Shown: piece by piece, positions 1 through 15,121 of the stretch
Numbering within the stretch: the stretch's first letter is position 1
Layout of the letters: each line of letters starts with the position of its first letter
DNA from: Macrostomum lignano
Taxonomy: Eukaryota
Assembly: GCA_002269645.1 (NCBI GenBank)
Contig: NIVC01000696.1
Coordinates: 186,001 to 250,000 of the forward strand
Direction: 5' to 3'
DNA length: 64,000 nucleotides
Made by a program: the position numbers and the translations under genes
Notes under the pieces: generated by a model
What the model saw: only the letters and a program-made list of their open reading frames with translations
Database searches by the model: none
Told to the model about the DNA's origin: nothing

Positions 1-292
1 TTATTATTAGCAACTACTATGTCTGCAGTAGTAGCAACAGTATTCGACACGGTAGCTAACGATTGATTTGGCACAGTATCCAATAGCATAGTTCTAATAG
101 ATTCTAGCACAGCGGCTTCATTAGCTAGGCCTATTTGAGTCTTGGCTGCGTTCAAGTTCACATCGAGAGCATCTGCTGGCAGTTCAATTGACAGAACGCA
201 CACGGGCAGCTTGGTTGGCACGCCGAATGCAGAGGAGATTGTAGAACGAATCATTTTCACGAGCTTAGCTGACTGTACTGGGCGTCTGTTGA
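1..292 (-). CDS. PMS1: PMS1 exon 2 (MutL transducer region), runs off the window
   Basis: Acceptor atttgcag|TC at 293/292. Joined to exon 1 it reads HSFFI-V-NRRPVQSAKLVKMIR...LPVCVLSIELPADALDVNLNAAKTQI, matching PMS1 FIFINSRPV...DVDVNLTPDKSQV. Confidence 0.85.
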
Positions 293-477
293 CTGCAAAT
301 TAATTTGTTTCATATCTTCAGTTATGCTAGCTAGGTGCATTGATTGATAGAGGCTTAAGTGTCTGGATTGGCTTGTGCTAATCTTGCGACTCAAGGTTAC
401 TCAAGTGAAAAAGGCTGGTAGGTCGAAAAATCGGGTCATTAAGGGGATTTACTTGAGCGATCCATACTGCGAATTGC

Positions 478-865
478 GAAAGTGGGTCATTAAGGTCTAA
501 AATGGGGTCATCAAGGTCTGAAATGGGGTCATCAAGGTCTGAAAAGGGGTCATCAAGGTCTGAAAAGGGCTCACTAAGGTCTGAAAAGGGTCATCAAGGT
601 CTCAAAAGGGTCATCAAGGTCTCAAAAGGGTCATCAAGGTCTCAAAAGGGTTCATTAAGGTCTCAAAAGGGTTCATTAAGGTCTGAAAAGGGGTCAGCAA
701 GGTCTGAAAAGGGCTCACTAAAGTCTTAAAAGGGGTCATTAAGGTCTGAAAAGGGCTCACTAAAGTCTTAAAAGGGGTCATTAAGGTCTGAAAAGGGCTC
801 ACTAAAGTCTTAAAAGGGGTCATTAAGGTCTGAAAATTGGTCATCAAGGTCTTAAAACGGGTCAC
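478..865. repeat. 21-bp minisatellite (gggtcatcaaggtctgaaaag), about 18 copies, in PMS1 intron 1
   Basis: 21-bp period read directly. It explains ORFs 502..729 and 614..865. Confidence 0.9.
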
Positions 866-903
866 ACGCTGTTTAACACTGAAATGATCAATATTTTACT
901 CAC

Positions 904-1705
904 CAATGAAGAAGCTATGCAGATCTCCATTCCGAAACAGCATAGCCTTGTCAGCACCGCTGGCTGGCACAAACGCAACGACTCGACCGCCCACTGCATT
1001 GTCAATCTGACAGTCAAGCCGCTGCATCTGCTGCCACACGGCATAGCTGAGCACTTGTCTCACGCGATCATTCAGACTGGCGCACTCTGGCAGGCTTAGC
1101 AACGCTTCGCCGTCGCTAAGCAACGCAAAACGTACGCCAGGATTAGCCAGAGCGGCTGATCGAATGGCGGCTTCCACGCTAGCCAGGGCTTCTCTCAGCC
1201 GTTTAGCCGAGCGCAGCTGCTGGCGCCGAACTGGCAGACAGTGGAACAGCTGACGGACGGTGACCCGGGTGCCGATTGGCATGGCAACGTCCCGCCGGGA
1301 CACAACCTGGCCAGACTTATCGAATGCGTACTCCCTGCCGAGCTCCTCGCCCTGGCACCGAGTAGCCATGCTCAGCTGGCCAACTGTGCACAGCGAGTTG
1401 AGCGCCTCGCCTCGGAATCCGTAGGTGACCAGGTCGGCTAGCCCGGAATCGTCAGCCAGCTTGGATGTGCAGTGCCGCATAGCAACCAAGTCGGCATCGC
1501 TGGCGGAGAAGCCACGGCCATTGTCCAGCACTTCGAGGCGATCCAGGCCGCAGCTGTCTAGCCGGACGTCCACTCTGGTGGCCCCGGCGTCCAGAGCGTT
1601 CTCAATCAACTCCTTGACTACGGACTCGGGACCGAGGATCACCTGGCCGCTGCTGAGCATGCGAGCTGTGGCAGCTGGCAGCTGGCGCATTTGAGAGGCC
1701 GACAT
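904..1705 (-). CDS. PMS1: PMS1 exon 1, GHKL ATPase domain of a MutL-family mismatch repair protein
   Basis: MRQLPAATARMLSSGQVI, VKELIENALDAGAT, DNGRG, TSKL, TYGFRGEALNSLC, GTRVTV, LFHCLPVRRQ. The N-terminus is closest to PMS1 (MKQLPAATVRLLSSSQII). Donor G|GTGAGT at 904/903. Confidence 0.9.
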
Positions 1706-3811
1706 TTGGCCACGGTTGCTGCAATTGATAAATTTGAAATTAATCAAATTTTTGGTGGGACATTACAAGTCAAACATCTTTCATTTAGGTCTAGGATAGT
1801 TATAAGCGTATGGACTTGATTATTCATGAACGTTTTTAAACTTCATTTCTGAGTATAACTAATTGGTTCATTGCTAAACAATCATATCCACATGAAAACG
1901 GTATCTAGGCGCACATACATGTGCAACAGTCGGCCGAGTCGGCCAATCTGGCCGACCAATTTGGCGGCCAACCAAGGAAGTCGCAAAAATGCCCACCCAA
2001 AAAACGCCAAAGTAGTAGTACTAAATAGCTGACGAAGCATTTCGGCTTAATAAGTCAGTCATAGTTACTTCTGCCGTTTACCCTGTAGTGCATTAATTTT
2101 GCTTTAGGGTTTTTTTTACATGTAAGTTGCATTTTTGGCCAAAAACTATGTCGCATTTTTGTTAAAACTAAGTCACATGGCCGACCAAATTTTGGAGGTT
2201 GAGCATGTATGTAGGCGCAGTCACTTATGTCTATAGGCCCTAATGTTAAGCACACATGGTAAATTCATTTGCCATTCAATATTAATGATACTGCTGCTGG
2301 CACTGTGTATGTATTATAGACATGGCCACTATCTTCAGTATAAGATGCATTCTATATTGTATAGATATGGTCACCAACTTGCTATGTTTATAAGCTCTAA
2401 TATTATGGACATGGTGGCCTAGCTGTCTATAAGTATAGACTTAAGCACTATTAGAGATATGACGGCTGTCTATAATTCAAAAACTTATAGAAATGGTGGC
2501 TATATCTCTAAGTCTAGCCTTAATTAAATGGAATAATTGTATTATTATATATTAAAAATATTATACTAGTTTATAAGACATAAGGCCTAGCCCTAGGCCT
2601 AGAATTTATTTGCAACCAACTAGGCTAATAATAACTAAGCATATTAGGCCTAACAAACAAATAGATAAACAGATAAAAACACAAGTTAATTCTTGTCAAT
2701 TATGTAGCATAATTGCATAATTTTTGCACTATTTTTACAACTTTGTGCCTCTAAGTGTTGTAGACCCTAAATCAAGTAAATTCTAGAAAACAATTAAGCC
2801 CATTCAACTTTTTCATTTTTTGTTATGACCATTACAATCATTTTGCCTTCAATTATTTATTTTTTATAACTTGCACTCATAGAATTTCATTTCCTATATA
2901 ATACATACATTTTGCTTTAAGATATGCAAAAATTTGAAGCCAATAAATAGGATTAACATTGATTGATGAGTCACAATGTATAAATGTTACGACCATTATT
3001 ATATAGAATGACCATTAATACATTGTTAGGCCTAGCACAAAGATTAAATAGATATAAAACATTGACAGCTAGTTTACTTTAAGCATAGCAATTTGGGAGA
3101 TACTTCCATATTCCCCATCTAAAAAATTCAAAAATGCATTTTTCAACTAAAATGTTTTTACATAGGCCTAGAAAGTTAGTCTAGTTAGAGGGGTTAGAGT
3201 AGGCCTACAATCTTTTATCCTAAAATATGTTTGCTTAATTTGAAACTCAAAGTTTAAATAAAGTTAGGCCTAAGCCTAAGTAATGTAACATAAACTCATG
3301 CAATAAAGACATACTTTAACATAATTATTATAAATTATAAAGTATAGCTGTACAGCTGTTAGCATAGGGCGAAACCCGCATAGAAAATGAAAGCCATAGG
3401 CATAGGCCATAGGCATATTACAATTAAAATAAACTTTACTATTCTTGCCAATATTTGAATACTCGAAACAATTTTGCTAGGACTATTAAGTAATTTTGCT
3501 AAGACTATCAAGGCTACTAAGCGAAATAGTAGGACATTCAACAATGTAAGTACCATAACGACTATAGCTACTAAGTACTAATGCATGTGCATGCTTGCGT
3601 TGCAAAAAAAACATGCCACAAGAATTTTGAATAGTTTAAATTTGTTTAAATGCACTCGGCAAAAACGCAGGCTGGTGATTTTTTATGCATGCACATATGT
3701 ACATGTAATGAAATGTATAGTATACCTATCAGCACACCACGTAGCTGCTCAGATTCGATATATTATAGGATAACCAACGAAAAATTGATTTGGGGGCTTG
3801 TACAAACGATT

Positions 3812-4330
3812 GTTATCTCTACCTATAAAAATCAAAACTCTGTCTGTCTGTCTGTGGACAAATTACTTCGCTATGGACTCCCAAACCGCTCAACCAAATT
3901 ACACCAAACTTTACACCCACCCTAAACTTACTACGGAGAATGTCTTAGGCTACCTTTTAATTTCCTAAATTTGAGTCTTCCTACCTAAAAGTGCAAAAAA
4001 CTGCTCAAAATGCGCAATTTTTTCACTAAATCCTCCATAGCGCCGCTCCACTTCTACCGATTCTCTTCAAATTTGACACAGATAATCTTAAACTATTTTG
4101 GCACAATCATGTAAAATTTCGAGTCTGAAAGTTAATCCTAAACGGCGCTGTGCACTTTTAAAGTTTGGCTGTTTTTTTCAGCGAGGCAGCCACCCCAACC
4201 TCCGCCCGCCTGCCTCTCTTTCCCGATCTGGGCAAAGGGTGTGAGTAGGTTTTGAAATGCCTAACTTTCGGCTGCCATAGTTTTGCTCCACGTGAAGCGA
4301 TTGACTTCAAATTTGACACAATTCTTTATT
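3812..4330 (+). mobile_element. Non-autonomous Helitron/HINE-like (Lep1/DINE-1 type) fragment
   Basis: Begins atctctacctataaaaatcaaaac, then (TGTC)n, then aaaccgctcaaccaaattacaccaaacttt. This is the typical 5' layout of such elements. No clear 3' CTAG end. Confidence 0.45.
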
Positions 4331-5049
4331 GACTCATTCTCTGCCTACATGTAAAGTCTCAACTCTGTATCTCAATCAGGACAGAAACTGTGAGCATGTG
4401 AATTTTGTCTGCTTTTTCTGTTGTTTGTGCCTCTCACTCGCTCATTCCCCAGCCCAGACGAAGGGTCAGGCGATAGGACTGAATGTACATAGCAAATGTA
4501 CAGTGTTTTGGAATAACTTTATTTATAGCCTTCTCTGCACCCCGAGAGTGGAGAGGCTACGTTTAGCCATGACGGTTTAGTGAGAAATTCTAACCACTGC
4601 CCTCCCTCTGTATTGGCAAACTCTGCAGCAGTTTAACAGTGGATGGCAATTGGCAAATCGAGGGAATCCAGCATGGTTTGTAAAAGCGAAAGATTTATGA
4701 AAAGGCGATGCGATGCAATGAAATACAACCCTACTAAATTAGGCACACCATTGAAATTTTAAGTTTCTCTTAAAAGTACTTTGAAATTTAAATGGCCTAA
4801 GAAATGCATATTTCATTGGTTGTTAGACTGATGCAGACTGCAGTGGAGCTGAAGATACACAAATTCCTTTCAGGGCTGCAAATTGGCAAGAAAGATGACG
4901 TGATCAAAGCATGAGAATAACGATGAGAGTAGTACGTCCCACAAACTGGCTTTCGAAGCAGGGATCGGCAGACTTTTACTTCAAAAGCCAGATAAAGAAT
5001 CCAGCTTATGTGCGGGCCAGATGAGAGTGGAAAGGAAGGAATAGACTAT

Positions 5050-6830
<1,781 letters not shown>

Positions 6831-7436
6831 GATCCAAGGGACGTAGGGAGAGTCAGGGAGAGACCAGAGTTTAGCAATATATGTTTTAGAGTCAGACAGA
6901 CATTGCCTGACATTCTGCGCAGTACCCCAGCCAACAATGTCTCAAACCCTAATTTTACACGAATGTGCTCCATTTTATGTCTACCTCTATCCTACTAACT
7001 ATTAACAAGTTTTTGTTTGTGTATGGCCTTAGATTTCAGAATACATGCAAAAATAGTTCCGGGGATTGGAATTCCCCGGGTTCAAAATCCGCGGGTTTCA
7101 ACAGCTTGTCTGATATATACATGCACATGCATGCATGTATACTCAATCAATAGCGGCACATGTGCTAATCAGTGCTTTAGAGTTCGGACGACCTCAAGGC
7201 TATATAATTAAAGCGGCTAGAATTATATCGTGATCGCATTTTGCTGATACAGTATACATATCACTTCATCTTTAGACCATGCAGCTTGACTTACTTTGAC
7301 TTAGCTGCAGGGCTGTCCCAGGACGGACACAGAGGGAAGGCGCAAACGCCCATTCCGCTAATCCCTGAACGGCCGACGCATCGCTATAGACGAAGGGTTG
7401 GCGCCGCCCAGGGAGGTCCCCCAGTGTCGCCAGCAG

Positions 7437-10400
7437 CTATATAGTGCTCTCTGGAAAGGAGAGTTCAGCCCTGCGGGTGGCCCATAGGTATCGCATGAGC
7501 TGATTAAAGTTTTCGAGTTTGCACGCTTCAGTAATAGGTGTGTGTGGCCCGAGGTAAGTGAGTCTGGCTCGCGTAAGGCGGGACAGATGCTGACGAAATG
7601 CTCAGCGGTTTCGTCACCTGAGTTACAGAAACTGCAGGTGGCGTTGGTGGCGTTGCCCTGCAGGTACTGGTGCCTAGAGAAGCAGCCGTGACCTGAGAGG
7701 ATCATGGTGGCAGCCCAGATGTCTCTGCGCGAGAGGCGTAAGAGGAGCTTCCAGAGCTGGTGAGAGGGCTGACAGCGCCTCTGGATTGCCTGCAGGTAGT
7801 GCAGTTCGCCCAAGTCGAGCGGTGCTGGATCCTGATCCACGCTTTGATGCGCGAGTCGATGACACAGCCAGGAATCGGGACAAGGGGTTCGGGACCGAGA
7901 GAGGAGCCGGAGGCGCCAACTTTTGCAAAGGGCGTCAGCCAACATTCCCTCGGATTCCCACTTGCCCCGGAACCCACTTAAGGGTGCTTTTGTTGGTGGA
8001 ACCCAACATGTATGAGTTTGATACAGTCGAGGACTGCTAGCAGAGTTGGTGCTGCAGCCACTGATGGCGTGCAAGGCAGCTTGGCTGTCCGAATGGAGAA
8101 TGATGTTCTTACCGGTTACGCCAGTGGCGAGGAGCTCTGCAGGGCAGGAGCTAATGGCTAGAACTTCATTTTGGAAGACACTGCAGGAGTTGACCCCAGT
8201 GTACTGAGAGTGGGTTGCGATGACCCTCCCGTTCAGGTAGAGCTGGGCCAGGATGGCTGAGGCACGCTTGGCTTTTGCTTTCACGTGGAAAGACCAGTTG
8301 AGCCGGTGGTCGAGTATGACCCCAAGACATCTGGTCTGGTGCGCGAAGGCAATATCTTTGCGGTATAACTGCAGAGGTCGTATGCTCCAGCGTATTCTGC
8401 TGGTGAACATAATGGCAACAGTTTTGGGCTCAGAGAGTTCCAGACCGTTGTCATTGGCCCAGGATTCTGCTTTGCGGATAAAGCTCTGCATCAGATCCCT
8501 GAGCGTGCTGGGAGACGGTCCTGTCACAATGGCAGTGACGTCGTCAGCATACCCGACTTTGAAGACGGGATCAGGTCGGGAGTCGCCCAGAAGAGCGTCC
8601 ATGACCAGGTTCCAGAGCGTCGGGGTGAGGACTCCGCCTTGGGGTCCACCCTTACAGACTCTGGTGGAGGCAGTTTGCCCAAGAAGTTGGGCAGTGACCG
8701 TACGGTTGGAGATCATGTACATGATCCACCGTATGAGGGTAGCATGAGCTTTGCGATTTTGAAGGGCCCTCTGAAACGCTTCAAAGATAACGTTGTCGAA
8801 GGCGCCAACAATGTCAAGAAAGAGAGCCAGAGCGTAACCGTCACCCAGTACCGCCCTTTCAATCTTCTCGACAATCGCATGCAGGGCGCTGTCAGTCGAC
8901 CTCCCGGTACGGAAGGCGTGCTGATTATTGCTGAGGGGCATCGCTGTCAGCTCGCAGGACAGCAGCCGCCAGAGAATAAGCCTCTCAGTGAGCTTAAGGA
9001 TTGCTGACGTTAAGCTAATAGGCCGGAAGGCCTTGACGCTTTGGTAGTCTTCCTTCCCAGGTTTGGGAATAAAGACTACCCGAGCTTCAGTCCAGCATTT
9101 GGGAACGTATCCCAGCTGGATAGAGGCCCGCATAAGATTGCGGGTGAGTCTCAGGAACGAGGGTATCTTGGCTGCTTCACGAAGGAGAACAGGGTAGATA
9201 CCATCAGGTCCAGGAGATTTGAAGGGTTTGAAGGTTCTGACCGCACGAGCGATTAGGTCTTCAGTGACAATGCCCGCCGCTAGGGTGGCTCCATCCATCG
9301 AATGGTTGGGCTCCGGTCTAGCAGTAGGTACCCTCGGGAAGAATGTGCTGAGCATATGCTGAAGCACTTCTTCAGGGTCTTTAGTAAGAGAGCCATCATC
9401 TTTTTTGATCATGGCTAATTTGGACATTTTGTCCATTGTAAGGGCCTTGACAAGCCTAGAAGTAGGTCTGTCTTGATCCAATTCATTGCAGAATTGGCGC
9501 CACTTACATTCCTTGGCCTTGCGCACTTCAGATTTGAAATTGCGGGAGGCTTGCCGGAAAAGCTCCATGTCCTCCGGGTTTCCGGTCTTCATGGCCCGGC
9601 GGTGAAGGATTTTGGCCTTCCGCCTGAGTTTCCCCAGCTCCGGGTTCCACCACGGCGCCGAGGTCTTGCCTTTGTAGGCACGGACAGGGCAGGCCGCTTC
9701 ATAGGCTACAGTAATGCAACCTGTCAGCGTCTCAGCTGCATGGTCCACATCCTTAGCCTTGTAGGCCGCCCAATCAGTGTTGCAGATGTTACGCCTCCAA
9801 GTCACGAGGACTGGGGTTTAGTGTCCGCGATGTTAAAGGCGATAAAGCAGTGGTCAGACAGGGAGGGCTCCTCAGACCAGACTCTCCACTCCTCAACTCT
9901 ATCGAAGAGTCTTGGGGTAACGAGTGTGGCATCGAGGACCTCAGTCCATCTGCCATTGTTCAAGGTAGGAGTGCTACCGCGGTTGCAGAGCATGAGGTTT
10001 GTGTTAGAGATGAGGGCCAGAAGCTCCTCCCCTCTAATATTGGTGTCTTTGCTGCCCTAGTGCTTATGGTGCGCGTTGAGGTCGCCCCCTAAGCACAGCT
10101 CAGCGTTCTGGGACTCGCAGTACTGCGTAAGGCGCAGTAGACTCTCAGGTGCAGGATCTCTGTCGCCTGGAATATAAATCGAAGCAACGAGACACGTCCG
10201 CGAAGAGAGATGATTAGATTGGATGATACAGAGGTCTCCATCTGAGAGATCAGTCCTCAGCCAAGCCTGAAGATGGCTGGCAGCGAGGATAGCCGCTCTA
10301 GGGCGGCTGTTCCCCGGGCCACACACGAAAATCAGAGTAGCCAGAAGGAATGTTGAGCAACTTACCGTTGCGCATCCAGGGTTCCTGGATCAGGATGAGG

Positions 10401-10513
10401 CCTGGCCTGTACAGCTCAGCAATCTTCATCAGATTTACTGACGCAGATACGCAATGCTGTAAATTTATTTGCAGACAGAATGTCACTCCTTTGGCAGCGT
10501 GGAGCTTAGTCAT
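7437..10513 (-). pseudogene. LINE ORF2 (APE-RT-RNase H-CCHC), disrupted
   Basis: APE: LQINLQH, LIQEPW, GGDLNAHH, SDH. RT: KSPGPDG, VFIPKPGK, FRPISLTS, QHAFR, LFLDIVGAF, GGPQGGVLTP, YADD, LGVILD. RNase H: SVFQNEVLAI, SDSQAAL. Knuckle: CSFC..ETAEHF..C. Frameshifts near 10320, 9803, 8040, 7740 and 7575; stop near 10058. Confidence 0.88.
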
Positions 10514-12071
10514 ACTGTATTAAATGCAAAAACTGGCAAGAACCCCGGGCCATCAAGGAGACTTGGACAGCAAATCGTCCTCGTCCCAAGCCGTTGGGGC
10601 TTGACTGGGAGATGGGAGTTGGTCGATGTCCATGGCCTCCTCACCCCCACCAGCCCCCCCCCCCCAGCAGAATCCTCGGGCTCCGATGATAGGATGGAGG
10701 AAGCTTCCTCACCTGCATCTTTGCCTTCAGACCCCACCAGGGTGGCTGAGGAGAGCTCGGATTCCGAAGACCCGGCCTCGTCCTCAACTCCTTCTCCGAC
10801 TGGCAGGTTCGGTTCCCGGGGCTTGGCCGGAGCCGTCACCTCGGTCGACGAATTGCTGCTAGCAGAGGGGCGAGACGCAGCTCCGGCTTTGGGATCGGCT
10901 TTCGCCTTTCCTTGGGCCTTAGACTGCGCCCCGCTCTTGCCGGAGATGCCGGGGTTGGCAGAAGCCTTCCCTTTGGCAGACTTTCCTCGGCGCATCTTGA
11001 GCTTGAGGGCACCCAGCTGGAAAGAGGATCCGTTAGGGTACCGACTCGCTCAAGTGTTGGAGAGGCCTAGGACAATTGATTTACCCATCTCCCCGCCTGC
11101 GGACATTGCGGTGATACACCAGTCCACTAGCAGGGAGGTCGGGATTCAGGCGCAGTAGGACCCGGCGAATAACGTCTGGTCCAGCTGCAGTGCTCTTTGC
11201 AGGGACAAAAACCACATAGGGTATTGTCTTTGGACGCTGGCCTTCGCGAAGAAAAAGAGCTCCGCCAAGGTCAGCATCCAAGGAGACCGTCGGCAGCGGC
11301 TGGAGCAGCTGCTGAGTGTCCTCCTCACTGCTAGGAGCAATAAGAACGAATGTGCTTCGCAGCATCATCCGCTCAATGCCGATGGAGATTCCCTCCTCGA
11401 CAGTCAGCTCAATCAGATAGGAGTCAATAGCACTTCCACACTTTTTGAAGCTGACCAGTGGTCCAGTCCTGGTTGCGACCTTGAATGATCACTCCCGGGA
11501 TTTTGGCCTTGGCCTTCGCCGCAAAGGTAGCTCCCGAAGGAACCTCCTTGTTGGCAGTGGCCATTTGTTGCGCCGTGGTTTCGGCCTCTGCAGCCGCAGC
11601 AGCATCTCCAGGGAGCGCCGCCGCTGAACTACCGGAGCTTCCACCGGCCGGCCCGTCTGGTTGCCTTGGGACGCCAGTCGCTTCAGCATCCATGGTGGAC
11701 GCCGCCGCATTGGCCCCTGCAGCTCCCTTCTTGGCCTGCCTTTTGGCGCGTTGCTTAGCGCGTTTGCGCTTTAGCCGAGCCCGCTGAGCTTTGTCGGATC
11801 TGCCAGATTTGGCCGGTCCTTTAGGCTCAGAGCCCGCGGTTCCCTTTGATCCACCAGCAGAGCTGCTAGGTCTTTGGGTACTTTGATTTTGGTAGCTTTG
11901 GTCAGATCTGCCAGCAAGGCCGGCCGGTCCTTCGGACTGAGGTTGAGGTTTAGAAGGGTCCCCGTCCCTAGAAATAGAAATAGGGTTTTTATCCATAGTC
12001 GGCTCGAAGGCCATGATAAAGGTTTTGATGGCTACCCTCGAAGGGGCGCGGTACCCACCCGGCCGCTCCAA
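10510..12071 (-). pseudogene. LINE ORF1 (low-complexity basic N-terminus plus DUF4780-like domain), disrupted
   Basis: ORF pieces 11424..12071, 11081..11368 and 10510..10995 join across frameshifts. The segment RVLLRLNPDLPASG...SIVLGL...FQLG resembles the ORF1 domain of LOA/R1-type elements. Confidence 0.65.
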
Positions 12072-13050
12072 CTGACCGGGCAGTAGGCCAAAAGAACCCT
12101 CAAGGCTGGCCCGACACCAGGAGGGGGACCGCTTGCGACCGGACTACTCCCCGGCCTTCCAGCCCATCGGCACGGTCGAACACGTTAGGCATTAGAGGGT
12201 ACGTTATACGCATTAGAGCCAGACCCGCATACCCAAGTTCAGCAAAAGCCACTGGATGGGTCCCCAGCGCCGGAGCCCAGTCAGTCCGGCAGCCCTAGGG
12301 TCTGACTTGAACACTCGCGGGGACGGGTACCCCTGGGTCGGCTTGCGAAACAGCGTGGGAGGGGGTCTGCGGCTGCCAGCGGCAAATAGAGGGTGCAGAC
12401 CTCCCTCCAGCCTTTACCTGCTGGAGATAGGGGCAGACGTGGAGCATCGCAGACCTTAGCCCATAGGCCTGGTCTGTCTCATACTTCACTGGCATGCTGA
12501 ATACGCCCGTGCGAGCCATTAGACCAGCACTAATGTACAAAGTAAGGAAGTAGAATTACATGTACATATAGCCCTATGCTTCGTCAATAACTCTCTGCTT
12601 CAGTATTTCACAACTTGGCAGACCGCAACTTTGCATCATTTGGTATATTTATTCTGCAGCCCCTTTTCGGTATGGCACCAAAATGCACAGAAATGGATCT
12701 TGCAGAAACCGAAATGGGAATTCGTCGGTCAGCTGATCCCATCGAAAGCAACTGGAGAGTTCCAGTGAGGGTTTCCTAATCTTAGACCCACCCGAAAAGC
12801 ACGTGATTTTGGCATCTATGTAGATTCAGATGTTGGTACCAGCTTGCACATGCAGCCAATTCCGACCCAATTAAGAAATTCCTTGGTTGCTAGGCTTCTT
12901 GCTTCTAGGAGGTTATATAAGCAAGTAATCAGCGGAAGCCGGTAGGAATCAGCTACCATCAGATATGTGAAAAAGCAATCTGCAGAAGCCACACAAAGCC
13001 TTCAATATCTTGCGAGAAGAAACTAATACTTTTCTAATAAAGAAGCCAAA

Positions 13051-14685
13051 ATGTTTGCAATCAAGTTGCTGCTGCTGCTCATCCTGACAACACTGTTGTT
13101 GCCAACAGAAACTGCTGCGGCATTGACGGACTCAGCCACGCCGGTGCATCAAGTGTCCGTATCGATCAGCAGCACCCGTTCTATTGTGTACCACGGAATG
13201 CAAGTGCCAATGTTTCAAAACGCCGGAAACAGCAGCAGCGAATCAAGGCGCTACTTTTTTCCACCGCTCGCTCTGTTGGATTGCAGCTCTTTGCTGGTCA
13301 TCAATCCAGACAATAGCGCCACCGTCCGCGCCAAGGATTCGGAAGTTTCCAATACTACTGAGCGGCCATTTGAAAGCGGCACTATGCTGCGACTATCGAT
13401 ACTGCTGTGGACTGACGAGTTCCTGTCCGCGGCGACAGACCAGCTCACTCCGCCTCCAGATGCTAGGTTTGATGACGCACCAGCTCATGTAGAGCTGATG
13501 CCGCTGACTGAGTTGACGCTGAATTGGTCAGCTCAAGCCCATCATTGGCTTGGGGAGGACTTTGGGCAGAGGTTCCGTCTTAGCTACGGCTGGCAGGATG
13601 CGCAGAGGCCGCTGGCGCGAGTTAATTTTACGGTGTCGTGTAAAAACTTGGATGATTGCCGATTTTTAATGGCACAACTGGGAGACACGGACGGCTCAGC
13701 TGGGCAAATCTTTGACCTAAAGTACCGCATTCGTTGCAACACCCAGCGGCGCCTCTCAGTAACTTTGGCAAGCCGACACCTGCTACGTTCGCCACTGTTT
13801 ACTCAGCTGAACTGGCTCGCACTCAAGTCGTCGGGTGTAGTTCTGGCTTCGGAAGCCGCGATCGACCAGCTGGCTGGGGAACTGCGCCGTGCTGCGCTTG
13901 ATGAGCTGCAGGAGCAGCAAACCGGAGAGCAGCGAGCTGATAGCATCAACTCGGAGGCGCTCGGAGCTCTGCTTGCGGATGCCGAACTTCTATTGCGTCG
14001 TTCGCCCGTCAGAGGAGCTAGTTTGACTCAGTGGGCCGATCAAGTCTTCTGGCAGCCGCCGCACAACAGTCGAGGATTGACTGACAGCCCAACCAGTGGA
14101 GCCCTCCGTCCAGACATGCTGGCCAAACTTTTCAACATGCTGTTCACAGCCGAAGTTGGAGGACTGCCCGGGCACGTTCGTCCTGCAAGCGACTCTGTCA
14201 CATTGCTGACAAGGCTGGCTGATGATGGCGAGCTGCCAGCAGGTGCGGTTGCTCCACTCCGCGAGTTCCTCGCCTCTTACAATCGCCCTGGAGCTGAGGC
14301 GATACCCGTCGACGCTGCTTGCGAACTAGCAACGTCACTTGGAAGCGCGGTCTCGTGGAATGCCGCTAGCGTACGTTTCGTGCCGTCGCCGAATGTGCAG
14401 CTGTACCAGCTGGACACTCGACGGCTGCTGGGTGCTGGAACCTTCGCTATGCGCGACGTTGTTCTCCACTACCGAGTTTCTGAGCAGCGGGACCATGTAG
14501 TGCCGCTCTGTCGGGCTGTGCACGGCTCCGCTGACTACACAAAGCTCACTTGGGAAGCGCAAGCAAAAATAATGCGCATGCGCTATTTGGAATTGTTGCG
14601 TCGAGCGAATAGCGCATCCACCGAGCTGCAACGCATGGCCACCGTTATGGCCAGCTCTCGAGCCGATACGGGCCCGTCCTCGTCG
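13051..14685 (+). CDS. Secreted protein of an uncharacterised family, exon 1
   Basis: Long open frame with signal peptide MFAIKLLLLLILTTLLLPTETAA. Best phase-0 donor TCG|GTCTGT at 14685/14686; exact donor uncertain, and the unspliced ORF stops at 14739. Confidence 0.75.
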
Positions 14686-15121
14686 GTCTGTGACGTATTA
14701 TTGAACCTGCTTTCCATTGAAGCTTTCACAATGGAATAGCCTTGAAAACGGCCGTGGGGTCAATTCAAATTTGTAAAAATAGTCAATTTAGGCTGTATAA
14801 ACGGCAGGAATTGTGTAGGATTTTCAAGATATAAGTTGTGACCGATCTTAGCGCTGGAAAGTTTGTCAATAGGGGATGTCAACTGTTGCTACAAAATGAA
14901 GCCCGAAGCAAAGCTCAGCAGATTGCTGACGACTGCAATCAATATCTTGAATTTCCCGAGACATCCAATCCTTGTGCTCCTGCAGTTTTTAAACTGCAGC
15001 TAAACTTGACATCCTCTTTGGTCCATTGTGCTTGTAGTCGACCTTCTATTGCTTTGCCGTTCTGTTCTGTCATGCGTTCTCATTACGGAAAATGGGTAAT
15101 TAAATTATTTCCACTTTGTAG

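Larger units (their letters stand above)
7290..12520 (-). mobile_element. Near-full-length, decayed non-LTR retrotransposon (LOA-like clade, RNase H-bearing)
   Basis: Order on the - strand: 5' UTR, ORF1, APE endonuclease, RT, RNase H, CCHC knuckle, 3' UTR, short repeat tail (taagtcaa agtaagtcaa). Several frameshifts and stops. Ends are approximate. Confidence 0.88.

Noticed and set aside
7272-12530. Candidate LINE target-site duplication ttagaccatgca / ttagaccagca
   Set aside because: Imperfect (one indel), and the element ends are not defined well enough to accept it.
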